Source: an uncultured Planctomycetaceae bacterium (lineage in GTDB: Bacteria; Planctomycetota; Planctomycetia; Pirellulales; PALSA-1355). From it: a stretch of 64,000 nucleotides of DNA. Location: NCBI GenBank assembly GCA_963785305.1, contig CAWAUV010000008.1, forward strand, positions 416,001 to 480,000, written 5' to 3'. Positions 20,838-31,384 of the stretch are shown one piece after another (the first letter of the stretch is position 1; each line of letters starts with the position of its first letter). The translations under genes and the position numbers were made by a program. A model generated the notes under the pieces. That model was not told where the DNA came from. It searched no databases and worked only from the letters and a program-made list of their open reading frames with translations.

Positions 20838-22138
20838 CCGCGATCACGATCGAGACTTCCGAATGGCGGACGCTGGGGCCCGATAATTGCGGCGAGCTCG
20901 ATGGTCATTTTTTGGAGACTACTCCCGGTGATCGCAAGACGGTCAAATGGCTCGAAAAAAGCAAACTTATCGGGTTGCGCGACCTTCGACGTGGCCTCGA
21001 GGTGAAAACATTCGCCCATGTCGGCAAAGTGCGGATCGGCAATTTAGACGTGACAATCATGCCCAAAATCGAGCGCGGCGTGCTCCTCGGACTCCTGCGT
21101 TACGCCTACGGTTTTCGCAAGCTGAGGGTTTTTTCGGATTCGGCGCAGCATGTCGATCGTCATGGTTTCGTGGACATCTTGATTAGCCAGTTGAACGCCG
21201 AGGCGAGCGAAGTCATACGTCGTGGCTTGCTCCGGGCTTATGTTCCGTTCGACGAACGCTTGAGTTCGCCGCGTGGCGGAATCGACATGGCGCGAATCGT
21301 GCGAGATGCCGGCGCCGCGGCGGCTACGCTACCTTGCCGCCACTATCAGCGAGTCGAAGACGCGATTCTCAATCGAGTGTTGATGGCTGGGCTGCGACTG
21401 GCCGCGTCGCTGACCGAAGTGCCCGAACTGCGCCTCGAGTCGCGAACTCTTGCCGCGATGATGGAAGCGCGAGTTAAGCCGATCCAGCGGAAGTTGACAG
21501 TCGCGATGTTGGACAGCGCTGATCGCCAACAAAGCCGGCTGACCGCGTCTTACGGGCCCGCGTTGTCTATCATCCGCCTGCTTGTGCGAGGCCACGGCAT
21601 CGAGTTGAAAGGCGCAATAGTCAAGCTCCCTGGATTTTTGTTTGATATGAATGCGTTCTTTCAGACGCTCGTGTCGCGATTTTTGCGGGACAATCTGACG
21701 GGGCATGAAATTATCGACGAGCACTCCCTGAACGGAATGCTGAGGTACGACCCGATGTTCAATCCACGGCATCGACAAGCACCCACGCCGAGACCCGACT
21801 ATGTTGTAAGGCGGTCTGGAATCACACGGGCAATTTTAGATGCGAAGTACCGAGATTTGTGGGAAAAGTCATTGCCGAGCACCATGCTGTATCAGTTGGT
21901 CGCGTACGCTATTAGCCAGCCGATGCGGCCGGAAAGCAGCATTCTCTACCCGACGACGGATGTTAAAGCCAAGGAAGCCCGAATCGACGCGAGAGAACCG
22001 ATCTCGGGCAAAAAAATCGCTCAAGTATGCCTTCGCCCCATACTACTGCCGCAACTCGCGAGACTGGTGATGGCGAATTCGCCCGAGGGTCGACGTGAAC
22101 GCGAGGCCCTCGCGCATCGGCTTGCGTTCGGGAATTAA
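20834..22138 (+). CDS. mcrC: McrC family PD-(D/E)xK nuclease subunit
   Basis: GTGA overlap with the mcrB stop, FDMNAFFQ, RPD...ILDAKY and YQLVAY motifs. Confidence 0.9.
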   Translation: MTAITIETSEWRTLGPDNCGELDGHFLETTPGDRKTVKWLEKSKLIGLRDLRRGLEVKTFAHVGKVRIGNLDVTIMPKIERGVLLGLLRYAYGFRKLRVFSDSAQHVDRHGFVDILISQLNAEASEVIRRGLLRAYVPFDERLSSPRGGIDMARIVRDAGAAAATLPCRHYQRVEDAILNRVLMAGLRLAASLTEVPELRLESRTLAAMMEARVKPIQRKLTVAMLDSADRQQSRLTASYGPALSIIRLLVRGHGIELKGAIVKLPGFLFDMNAFFQTLVSRFLRDNLTGHEIIDEHSLNGMLRYDPMFNPRHRQAPTPRPDYVVRRSGITRAILDAKYRDLWEKSLPSTMLYQLVAYAISQPMRPESSILYPTTDVKAKEARIDAREPISGKKIAQVCLRPILLPQLARLVMANSPEGRREREALAHRLAFGN

Positions 22139-22490
22139 ACCCGCTCAAATCCCGCTACTTCCTCTCCATACGGAAGCATCCTATGTCCACGTTGTTCGGC
22201 GAACCAGCATTCAATTATGTGCGGATTTTTAATTTAATCGGCGCCGAGGGCATAATGCGTTCGCGCGAGTACTCGTCGCCGGTAATCCGCGAGCGGGGTG
22301 GTTCGGGCAAGCGTAGGCGAACTGTTTTTCGCCAGCATCTGGCGTTCGGGCCGCTTGAGGCTCCTCGCGGGTTGTAAACGGCGGCCAGACTTGCGCGGTT
22401 TCGGCTGGCATGTGTCAATCGCCGCAGCAGACATGACCGCACCGCCGGATCGGCGGATCGGCGCCGGGCCGGTCTCGGAATCGATTGCCA

Positions 22491-23621
22491 TCAGCCCGAG
22501 GGTTTGGGCTCCTCCGCCCAGGCCGCGGCGCTTTTGCTGGCCAGGCGCTCGAGCCCTTGCTCGCGCACTTCGGCGGCGAACGTTGGGCGCGAGCCCGTGA
22601 ATTCCAGTTCCGAGAGCAGCCGTCCCTCGCGATCGCGGCCCATGAAGCGCCGCACGTAGACATCGCGAAGTTGATATTGGTTGTGCTCGTCGAGCCCCAT
22701 TGCTTCCGTGATGCGAGTCATCTTTCGACTTCCATCTTCGGCGATGCGCGAGATTTGCGCCACCACATTGATCGCCGAGGCGACCTGGGCCCGCGCCACA
22801 TAGATCGGCAATTCGACATCGCTCATCAAGGAGAGCGTTTCCAACCGCACTAGCGAATCGCGGGGCGAATTGGCATGCACGGTCGACAAACTGCCGGCGT
22901 GGCCCGAGATCATCGATTGCACCAGATCGAGCGCTTCGCCGGAGCGCACTTCGCCCACGATAATGCGATCGGGCCGCATGCGGAGCGAGTTGACGAACAA
23001 CTGCCGCACCGTGAGACCGCCGCGCCCATGGGCGTCGGGCCGATTGGCTTCCAGATACAGGCAATGCTGTTGCTTGAGCCGAAGTTCCGCGGTGTCTTCG
23101 ATCACGATGATCCGCTCTTCCTCGGGAATCGCTTGCGAAAGCGCGCCCAGGAGCGAGGTTTTGCCGGTGCCGGTGCCGCCGGAAATAATGATGTTCTTGT
23201 GCAGCCGCACGCAGATTTCCAAAAACTCGCGGGCCGACTCCGACATGCTGCCGAAGCGCACCAAGTCGTCGAGCGAGAGTCCCTGGCGGGCGAATTTGCG
23301 AATCGTCAGATAGCTGCCGCTGGTGGCGCTGGGTGGAATCACGGCGTTGACGCGCGAGCCGCTCGGCAGTCGGGCATCGAGAATCGGGTGCTGCTGGCTG
23401 ATCTCGCGACCCACCCATTGGGCAATGTTGTGAATCGCCGAAAGCAGCGCGTCTTCGCTCGCGAAGCTGGCGTCGGTGCGTTCGATCCGCCCGCGCCGCT
23501 CGATATAGATATCGCGATAGCCGTTGACCATGACTTCGGTCACGGTGTCGTCGGCCAGGAACTTGCCGATCGGACCCAGGAAATAGTCGACACTGGCTTC
23601 GAAGATAGCGGAGCGAGACAT
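22491..23621 (-). CDS. cpaF: CpaF/TadA family secretion ATPase
   Basis: TVTEVMVNG, DARLPSGSRVN, Walker A GGTGTGKT, IEDTAEL, LRMRPDRIIVGEVR and GH.GSLSTVHANS. Confidence 0.9.
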   Translation of the reverse strand: MSRSAIFEASVDYFLGPIGKFLADDTVTEVMVNGYRDIYIERRGRIERTDASFASEDALLSAIHNIAQWVGREISQQHPILDARLPSGSRVNAVIPPSATSGSYLTIRKFARQGLSLDDLVRFGSMSESAREFLEICVRLHKNIIISGGTGTGKTSLLGALSQAIPEEERIIVIEDTAELRLKQQHCLYLEANRPDAHGRGGLTVRQLFVNSLRMRPDRIIVGEVRSGEALDLVQSMISGHAGSLSTVHANSPRDSLVRLETLSLMSDVELPIYVARAQVASAINVVAQISRIAEDGSRKMTRITEAMGLDEHNQYQLRDVYVRRFMGRDREGRLLSELEFTGSRPTFAAEVREQGLERLASKSAAAWAEEPKPSG

Positions 23622-23994
23622 GACGGCGATCCGATGGGGCAGGCGAACGCCCGACTTGCGATAAACCGCGATCCCGGGAACAAACTCCCGTAACGACGAC
23701 AACATGCATGCTCCCGCGCCGACCGCCGTGAGTCAAGCATCGGCCGAATTCGCGCGGCGCGAGCCAAACCGCGGACACGCGCGGTCCGCGCCTTTTGTCT
23801 CGGCCCGAGCACGTCATCAGGAAAAACTTGCCTTTCCGGATTGAACCGCGTACGCTCATGGGCGTGCAATCCAGCGCATGCGTCATGTCCCCCTCCGCGC
23901 CGTGCGGCTTGCCGGCTCGATCGGGTCGGGCATGAAGTGGGCGGTCCATATCGTCGAAGCGCCCGTGACTCAAACCCCGCGGTCCACGTTTCCC

Positions 23995-25062
23995 ATGTCG
24001 ATCCAACCACCCGCGGATAGCCAATTCGCCGAATATCCCGCCTCGTGGTATCTGTTTGGCGCGAGTCGTGAGATTGGCAAGCAGCCCATGCCGAAGCGGA
24101 TGTTGGGTCGCCGGCTCGTTGCTTATCGCGCCGGAGAACGTTGCGTTGTTCTCGACGCCGATTGCGCGCATCTGGGCGCCGACTTAAGCCGGGGGCGCAT
24201 GGTGGGCGACTGTTTGCAGTGCCCGTTTCATCACTGGGAATACGGCCCAGATGGCCATTGCCAGCGGATTCCGGCTCAACAGGAAATCCCGGAGTTTGCC
24301 CGGCAGCGGTCCTATCCAGTGGTCGAGCGACAAGGGCTGGTGTTCTTCTTCAACGGTTCCAAGCCGCTATTCCCTTTGCCGTTTTTCGATGCTTGTCGAC
24401 CCGAGGATTTCGCGCGTGGCCGTCCCTTTCGATTCGTGGCGGACTGCTCGTGGTATATGTTGGTGTCGAACGGTTTCGACGGGCAGCATTTCGAAACGGT
24501 GCATGACCGTCGCTTGACTCGGCCAATCGAGGTGGAATGCCCCGCGCCGCTCGCGCACCGAATGCGTTTTCACGCCGAAGTCGTGGGCCAGTCGATCTTC
24601 GATTGGCTCTTGCGAAAATTCGTCGGCGAGCACGTGGAAGTGACGATCACGAGTTGGGCCGGTCCCTTCGTTTTGGTGACCGGCGATTTCGGCAAGACAG
24701 TGAGCCGAGCGCTGATCGCCAGCCAGCCGCTCGGCCCGCATGAGGTGCTTGTCGAAGTGATCGTGTTCGCGCCCCGGTCGCGAAGCATGATTGCCCGCGG
24801 CCTGGTTCAGCCGATTAACTTGTGGCTTCGTCGGCTCTTCACGCAAGGTTTCATGCGGGACGACATCAAACGACTCGTCGGTATCCGTTACCGCTCCCGG
24901 GCGCTTTTGGCGAGCGATCGGTGTCTGATCGACTTTTTCCAGTGGCTAGCGGAGCTTCCACGCGAAAGCTGGCAAATGCCGGTATCCGCCGCGGCGACCG
25001 ATCATTTGCCCGAGCGGCCCGAAAAATCTCGTCAAGCATCAAGTATTGCCCGATCCCCCTGA
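23995..25062 (+). CDS. Rieske non-heme iron oxygenase/desaturase
   Basis: Rieske motif CAH...CPFH and mononuclear iron motif NGFDGQHFETVH. Confidence 0.9.
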   Translation: MSIQPPADSQFAEYPASWYLFGASREIGKQPMPKRMLGRRLVAYRAGERCVVLDADCAHLGADLSRGRMVGDCLQCPFHHWEYGPDGHCQRIPAQQEIPEFARQRSYPVVERQGLVFFFNGSKPLFPLPFFDACRPEDFARGRPFRFVADCSWYMLVSNGFDGQHFETVHDRRLTRPIEVECPAPLAHRMRFHAEVVGQSIFDWLLRKFVGEHVEVTITSWAGPFVLVTGDFGKTVSRALIASQPLGPHEVLVEVIVFAPRSRSMIARGLVQPINLWLRRLFTQGFMRDDIKRLVGIRYRSRALLASDRCLIDFFQWLAELPRESWQMPVSAAATDHLPERPEKSRQASSIARSP

Positions 25063-25072
25063 GAGACCTGTC

Positions 25073-25690
25073 ATGATGAAAACGATCGTCGCCTTGTCGT
25101 TCGCTTGGACCGCGTTCGCGGCGTCGCTCTTGGCCGAAGAAGCAACGCCCTCGCCAGATGACCAGGCGCATCAGGAATTGCTGGCGGTGAGAAAGGGTCT
25201 GATCGACGCCTACAATCGGCAGGATATCGAAGGCGTGCTTTCGTTTTGCACGAAAGACGTGATCGTTACCTGGCAGAATGGCGAAGTCAGCGAGGGCCGG
25301 GAAGGCGTTAGGGCGTATTATCAAAAAATGATGGAAGGCGATCATCGCATTGTCGAGAGCCTGACCGCCGACCCGACCGTGGATGGGGTCGCCGTGATTT
25401 ACAACGACGACACGGCGATCTCGCGCGGAGTGATGAACGACCGTTATCGGCTTCGCGATGGCAGTCAATTCGCGCTCAATAGTCGCTGGAGCGCCGCGCT
25501 CGTCAAGAGCGACGGCCAGTGGCGGATCGCGAGTTTCCATGCCTCGACCAATACGTTCGACAACGCGGTCCTGCGACTCGCCGCCAAGCAAAGCATGCTC
25601 TGGGCCGGCGGAGCTGGGCTGCTGCTGGGGGCAGTTGCGGGCGTCGTGGGCGGGCGGATGCTGCGAAAGCGGACACAAACCACGTCGTAA
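25073..25690 (+). CDS. NTF2/SnoaL-like (DUF4440-type) protein with a signal peptide and a C-terminal membrane anchor
   Basis: AYNRQDIEGV...GREGVRAYY...WRIASFHAS, then a hydrophobic helix followed by RKR. Confidence 0.8.
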   Translation: MMKTIVALSFAWTAFAASLLAEEATPSPDDQAHQELLAVRKGLIDAYNRQDIEGVLSFCTKDVIVTWQNGEVSEGREGVRAYYQKMMEGDHRIVESLTADPTVDGVAVIYNDDTAISRGVMNDRYRLRDGSQFALNSRWSAALVKSDGQWRIASFHASTNTFDNAVLRLAAKQSMLWAGGAGLLLGAVAGVVGGRMLRKRTQTTS

Positions 25691-25722
25691 AGAGGCGTCG
25701 CGTGCTCCGATCCTCCCGACCG

Positions 25723-26697
25723 ATGTCGAACGACGACCGCGCGTTGCTGGCGGCAGCAGCCGCTTGTGCGCAAGCGCCAACGCTTGAGCTCTTGACGCCT
25801 GAAGTAGCCCGGAGCGTCGCGGCGGCCAGGGGCATCGACTTCGCCACGGCCTTGATCCACGACCGCGTGCGCCGCGGCCAAAATCTGGACTCCGCGCTCG
25901 AATTGGCGCACGCCGCGGAGCCGGACTCCTGGGCCGCGCTGGGAAAGCGCGGCGTGAAACTCGCGATCGTTCCAGGCGCTTTTTATCGCAGCCACCCTCA
26001 CACCGGCGCTCATGGTCGGCAAATCCAAAGCCTCGCGGAGCGCCACGGTGTCGCCAGCGAAATCGTGCCGATCGAATCGTTTGGGTCGCTCGGGACCAAT
26101 GCCGAAATTCTTTGCGACTGGCTCGCTCGCAGTCGCCATCGAAAAGTGATTCTCGTGTCGCTGAGCAAAGGCGGCGCCGACGTGAGGCGGGCCTTTGAAC
26201 TTGGCGTGTCCGGAGCGTTCGACCACGTGGAGGCGTGGGTCAATTTTTCCGGTGTCACCGAAGGCGTCGCGCTGGTCGACTGGCTGCTGGCTCGGCCGAT
26301 ACGATCTTGGGGAGTTCGGCTGCTGTTTCGATACCACGGCTATGACTTCGATGTGCTCGATGAACTTCGTCCGAGCGCATCGTCGCCGCGCGCGTGGAGC
26401 TTGCCGCCGGGCATGCAGGCAATTCATGTGGTCGGCTTTCCCCTCCGGCGCCATCTTTCGAGCCGATTGGCCCGCCGCGGACATCGCCGGATTGCTCCCT
26501 CGGGACCCAACGATGGAGGCGGGATTTTGCTCGCCGAAGCTGTTCATCGTCCGGGCATCATCTACCCGGTCTGGGGCGCCGACCATTATTTCCAATCGCC
26601 TGAGTGCAATGTGACGAATATCGTGCAAAACGTGCTGAACCTGTTGCATGCGCGCGAACGTTCGGTGGAACTGCCGGCGCCGGGGAGCATTCGATGA
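25723..26697 (+). CDS. Alpha/beta-hydrolase fold protein
   Basis: IVPGAF oxyanion-like motif, nucleophile elbow SLSKGG, NDG and C-terminal ADH. Its stop overlaps the next ATG. Confidence 0.7.
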   Translation: MSNDDRALLAAAAACAQAPTLELLTPEVARSVAAARGIDFATALIHDRVRRGQNLDSALELAHAAEPDSWAALGKRGVKLAIVPGAFYRSHPHTGAHGRQIQSLAERHGVASEIVPIESFGSLGTNAEILCDWLARSRHRKVILVSLSKGGADVRRAFELGVSGAFDHVEAWVNFSGVTEGVALVDWLLARPIRSWGVRLLFRYHGYDFDVLDELRPSASSPRAWSLPPGMQAIHVVGFPLRRHLSSRLARRGHRRIAPSGPNDGGGILLAEAVHRPGIIYPVWGADHYFQSPECNVTNIVQNVLNLLHARERSVELPAPGSIR

Positions 26698-28139
26698 AAG
26701 TACAATTGCTGCTCCCCGCCGGCGAAATTCACCGCAACACAACGGGCATTTTCAAGCGTTCGCTGCGCTATGCCCCGCTCACGCTCACCACTTTGGCCGC
26801 CCTCGTGCCCAAGGACCTGGATATCGAGCTCGCGATTCAAGACGAAGGCGTCCATCCGCTTGATCTCGACTTCGAGGCCGATTTGGTGGGTATTAGCTGC
26901 ATTACCGGCACGGCCGAGCGGGGCTATGCGATTGCCGATCGACTGCGGGCGCGAGGCGTCACGGTCGTTTTCGGCGGAGTGCATGCGACGCTTCTACCGG
27001 AGGAGGCGGCCCAACATGCCGACTCCGTGGTGACCGGCTATGCGGAAACATCGTGGCCCCAATTGCTCCGCGACTTTGCCGCCGATCGACTTCAGGCTCG
27101 CTACTTTCACCCCACCGGCCGTAGTCTAGCCGGCTTGCCCCACGCGCGGCGCGATCTGCTCGACAAACGAAAATATTCGACGATCAATAGCATCGAAGCG
27201 ACGCGAGGCTGTCCGCATAAGTGCGATTTTTGCGCCGTGCCGGCAGCTTGGGCGAATACCTATTCGCACCGGCCGGTGGAAGAAGTCGTCGCGGAGCTCG
27301 CCACTTTCGAAGGGCGGCATGCGCTTTTTGTGGACCTGAGCCCGGTCGAGGACGTCGCTTACGCGAAGTCGCTCTACCGCGCCATGATTCCCTTGAACAT
27401 CCGCTGGGTCGGGCTCGCCACGACGCGCATTGCCGAAGACGGCGAACTCCTGCGCTTGGCCGCTCAAAGCGGTTGCAAGGGACTGCTGATCGGCTTCGAA
27501 TCCGTGAGCCAAGCGACGTTGGATCAAACCCGAAAGCGGTTTCATTCGGCCCGCCACTATGCCGAAATCGTCAAGCGGCTGCATGACCACGGGATCGGCA
27601 TCCAGGGCTGCTTCGTCTTCGGCTTCGACAACGATGATCCTCACGTGTTCGAGCAGACCGTCGAGTTCGTCGACAAAACGCGGATCGATTTACCGCGTTA
27701 TGCGGTGATGACGCCGTTTCCCGGCACCGGCGCTTATCACCAGCTCGAATCGCAAGGCCGGCTGTTGCATAAGAAGTGGTCCCTTTACGATGTCGAACAT
27801 GTGGTATTCGAGCCGAATCAGATGAGTCCCGAGCGGCTGCAAGAGGGGCTCGAGTGGTCGTGGCGGCAGAGCTACGGCTGGAAGTCGCTCGCGCGGCGCG
27901 TGTCCGCGGCGCCGCCCTCGATACTTCCGCTGTGGATCTCGCTGAATTTCGGGTATCGCCACTACGCGAAAGCGCTGCCGCGAAAGACCGGTCCCACGAT
28001 CCATCGCGATCAAGCATATCGCGGAGCGCTGAATGAAGCTCGTTCGCGCGACGAGGGCCATCGGGAAGCGTCTTGGAGCGGCCGCGCTTCGGATGCCCTT
28101 CCGATGCTCGGTCCAGCCTCGGAAATTAAGGCGGAATGA
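26694..28139 (+). CDS. B12-binding domain radical SAM protein
   Basis: PLTLTTLAAL, DLVGIS, VVFGGVHATLLPEE (cobalamin-binding domain), TRGCPHKCDFC, IGFES and TPFPGT. Confidence 0.92.
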   Translation: MKVQLLLPAGEIHRNTTGIFKRSLRYAPLTLTTLAALVPKDLDIELAIQDEGVHPLDLDFEADLVGISCITGTAERGYAIADRLRARGVTVVFGGVHATLLPEEAAQHADSVVTGYAETSWPQLLRDFAADRLQARYFHPTGRSLAGLPHARRDLLDKRKYSTINSIEATRGCPHKCDFCAVPAAWANTYSHRPVEEVVAELATFEGRHALFVDLSPVEDVAYAKSLYRAMIPLNIRWVGLATTRIAEDGELLRLAAQSGCKGLLIGFESVSQATLDQTRKRFHSARHYAEIVKRLHDHGIGIQGCFVFGFDNDDPHVFEQTVEFVDKTRIDLPRYAVMTPFPGTGAYHQLESQGRLLHKKWSLYDVEHVVFEPNQMSPERLQEGLEWSWRQSYGWKSLARRVSAAPPSILPLWISLNFGYRHYAKALPRKTGPTIHRDQAYRGALNEARSRDEGHREASWSGRASDALPMLGPASEIKAE

Positions 28140-29503
28140 CTGACATGCGATTGACGCTTGTTTACCCCGCGGTAGGCCGAAAAGAGCACAAGCCCTATGT
28201 GCGCGCTTGGCAGATGCAGCCGTTGTCGATGGCGGTGCTCGCGGGTCTGACGCCGGCCGATATCGAAGTGCGATTTTTCGACGACCGCATGGAGGACATC
28301 GGGTTCGACGAGCCGACGGATTTGGTCGCCATCAGCGTCGAGACATTCACGGCCCTGCGCGTATAAAATCGCGCGCGAGTTTCGCGCTCGCGGCGCGTTG
28401 GTCGTGCTGGGCGGTTATCATGTTACGTTGTTGCCCGAGGAAGCGCTGGCCGAAGCCGACGCGATCGTCATTGGCCACGCCGAATCGGTGTGGCGCCAGT
28501 TGCTCGACGATGCCCGGCGCCGCGACCTCAAGCCGATGTATCGCGGAGCGACGCGCGAGACGCTGGTCGGCATCAAACCGCGCCGCGAGATTTTCGGCGG
28601 CCGTAATTATCAGAACATCACGCTGGTCGAGTTCGCCCGGGGCTGTAATTTCAAATGTGATTTTTGCGCGATCACCGCGTTTCATGGCGCCAAGCAGAAC
28701 CATCGGCCGGCAATCGATGTGGTCGAAGAGATTGTCGCTTCGAGCAGCAAGCGTTTCTTTATCGTCGACGATAATTTCGTGAGCCAGCCCAACAAGGCGC
28801 GGGAACTCTGCCGCCAGTTGGCCCCGCTCGACGTTAATTGGGTCGGCCAAGCCAGCATCCACATTGCCCACGACGACGAACTGCTCGCGCTCATGGCCGA
28901 GAGCGGTTGCCGCGGAGTACTCATCGGCATGGAATCACTCGATCCGAAGAATTTGCGCGCCATGGGCAAAGACTGGAATTTGGCGGCGGGAAGCTATGCC
29001 CAGAGTCTTGCCCAGTTTCGCAAACATGGCCTCGCGGTCTACGGCACGTTTGTATTCGGCTACGACCATGATGACGCCGACACGATTCAGCAAAGCATCG
29101 ACTTTGCCCGCGAACAGAAGCTCTTCTTGGCGGCGTTCAACCACTTGATACCGTTTCCCGGAACCCCGCTCCACGAGCGGCTCGATGCGATGGCCGATTG
29201 CTAAAACCCAAATGGTGGCTCGATCCGGAAAGTCGCGTGGGTGATGTGACATTTCGCCCGGAGCGAATGACGCCTGGCGAGCTGGAGGCGCGCTGCCTCG
29301 ACGCGCGACGGCAATTTTTCAGTTGGAGCTCGATCCTCGAGCGGGCACGGGATCGCCAAGCAAACGCGACGAGTCTCTTCATGCTCGGCATCTATCTAGC
29401 GTTGAACACGAGCGCGCATTTCGACATCGATCTTCGGCAGGGCCTCCGGCTTGGCGCCGGCCTCGGCGAATGGGAACCCGCGCATGAGCCGCTACCGAGT
29501 TGA
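28136..29503 (+). CDS. Second B12-binding domain radical SAM protein (frameshifts near 28362 and 29195)
   Basis: PLSMAVLAGLTP, DLVAIS, VVLGGYH, ARGCNFKCDFC, IGMES and IPFPGT. Confidence 0.88.
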
Positions 29504-30600
29504 ATTGGCCACCAAGTCCGACGACGCGGATTTGCGCGATATCCTCGCGGCTTCGCCCATGCAGGGCGATATCTCGCTCGCATTTCGCCGCGAACCAAGT
29601 TTCTTCGAGGCGGCGGTCGTCGAAGGCGGCTTTCGCCAAGTGATCGCGGTGCGCGATATGAGAAGCGGCCGGCTCGTCGGCTTCGGATCGCGGGCCATTC
29701 GCAAGTGCTTCGTCAACGGCGAACCTGCGAACGTGGGATACTTGAGCAGCCTGCGACTCTTGGCCGAACATCGCAACCTCGGGCTCCTCGCGCGGCTATG
29801 CGTTTTTCCGCGAGCTGCACTCCGACCAACGGGCGCCCATGTATCTGACAACGATCGCCACCTCCAACCAAGCCGCGCTGCGACTATTGACCTCCGGCAG
29901 GGCCGGGCTGCCCTGTTACGAGCCAGCCGGCGATTTTCACACGTTCGCCCTGCCTCTCCGCCGACATGCCACCGCGAATCGGTCCACTAAAGCCGAGTGG
30001 GAAATCCGCCGCTCGAATTCCAGCGATCTTCCCGCGATCCGCGAGTTCCTCGACCGGCATGCCCGGGCTCGGCAATTCTTTCCCTGCCTGGAGGTGGGTG
30101 ATTATTTCAGCGAATCGGGCGGTTCGGGACGCTTGCAAGCCAGCGATCTCTGGCTGGCCGAACGCAAGGGCGACATCATCGGCACGATGGCGTCCTGGAA
30201 TCAAACCTCGCATCGCCAGACCGTCGTCCACGGATATTCGGGATTCGTGCGCATCCTGCGCCGATGCTACAATGCCTTCGCGCGTGGCTCCGGTCGCCCG
30301 ACGCTGCCCAGCCCAGGGCAATCGTTGCGCTCGCTCACGCTGGCCCTTCCCGTCGTGGCCGAAACCGACCCGCAATTGCCGCGGGCCCTGATCGGCGCGG
30401 TCGCGGCACATCATGCATCTTCAGGTCTCGAGATTATGCTGCTGGGACTTCATGAACGGGATCCGCTTTTTGCCGCCGCGCGAGATTGGCGCGGCGTGCG
30501 ATACAAAACGCGACTGTTCCTGGTCTACTGGCCCGATGGCGAGTCTCTAGTTCGCGAACTCGACGGTCGATCGCCCTATCTCGAACTAGGCTGTCTTTAA
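29484..30600 (+). CDS. GNAT-like (probably tandem) acyltransferase-fold protein (frameshift near 29800)
   Basis: ELATKSDDADLR...VNGEPANVGYLSSLRLLAEHRNLG is a GNAT-like motif, and a second IRRSNSSDLPAIREFL segment follows. Confidence 0.65.
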
Positions 30601-30628
30601 TTTCACGAGCGACACGCGGAGAGCGCGC

Positions 30629-31384
30629 ATGAAACTTTCGGGCCGTCTGGTGGCCGTGGCCGATCTCTCGCCACAAGATCGCGCCGCGATGCTCGCGCTC
30701 ATGCATGCCCATTTCGCCCACGTCGATGCGAGCATGTTTTTCGAGGATTTGGCCGAAAAGCAATGGGTTATCCAAGTCATCGAGCCGTCGACAAACCTGC
30801 TGCGCGGGTTCTCGACCCAAATGCTACTCGAAGCCAACGCCAATGGGCGGCCGATTCGGGCTCTGTTTTCCGGCGACACAATCGTCAATCGCGCCTATTG
30901 GGGCGATGCGGCGCTGAGCCATGTGTGGGGGCAGCTCGCGATTTCGTTGATCGAGAGCCAGCGAGACTCCGAGCTGTTTTGGTTCCTGGTTTCCCAGGGC
31001 TACCGCACCTATCGGTTCTTGCCGCTGTTCTTTCATTCGTTCTATCCGCGCGCCTCGACGCCGACTCCCGCTGGGATCGACGATGCGATGCGCGCCTTGG
31101 CCGCGCGGAAATTCGGCGAGCGTTTCGACCCCGAACGTGGCGTGATTGCGGCAAACGCGCGTCAATATCGCTTGCAGGGCGATCTCGCGACCGTGCCGCC
31201 GGGGAGAATGAACGATCTTCATGTGCGGTTTTACTTGCGGCGAAATCCGGGCCATGCCCGCGGGGACGAGCTTTGTTGCCTCGCGCCACTCAGTTTGGAA
31301 AACTTCACTCCGGCCGCTTTTCGCGTGATCGGTCCGCTGCCATCGGCAAGTCAGGTGTTTCAATGGGCTTCGCGGGCTGGCTGA
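30629..31384 (+). CDS. Hypothetical protein, possible GNAT-like fold
   Basis: LRGFST...ALFSGDTIVNRAYWG and FWFLVSQGYRTYRFLP, in an operonic position. Confidence 0.7.
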   Translation: MKLSGRLVAVADLSPQDRAAMLALMHAHFAHVDASMFFEDLAEKQWVIQVIEPSTNLLRGFSTQMLLEANANGRPIRALFSGDTIVNRAYWGDAALSHVWGQLAISLIESQRDSELFWFLVSQGYRTYRFLPLFFHSFYPRASTPTPAGIDDAMRALAARKFGERFDPERGVIAANARQYRLQGDLATVPPGRMNDLHVRFYLRRNPGHARGDELCCLAPLSLENFTPAAFRVIGPLPSASQVFQWASRAG

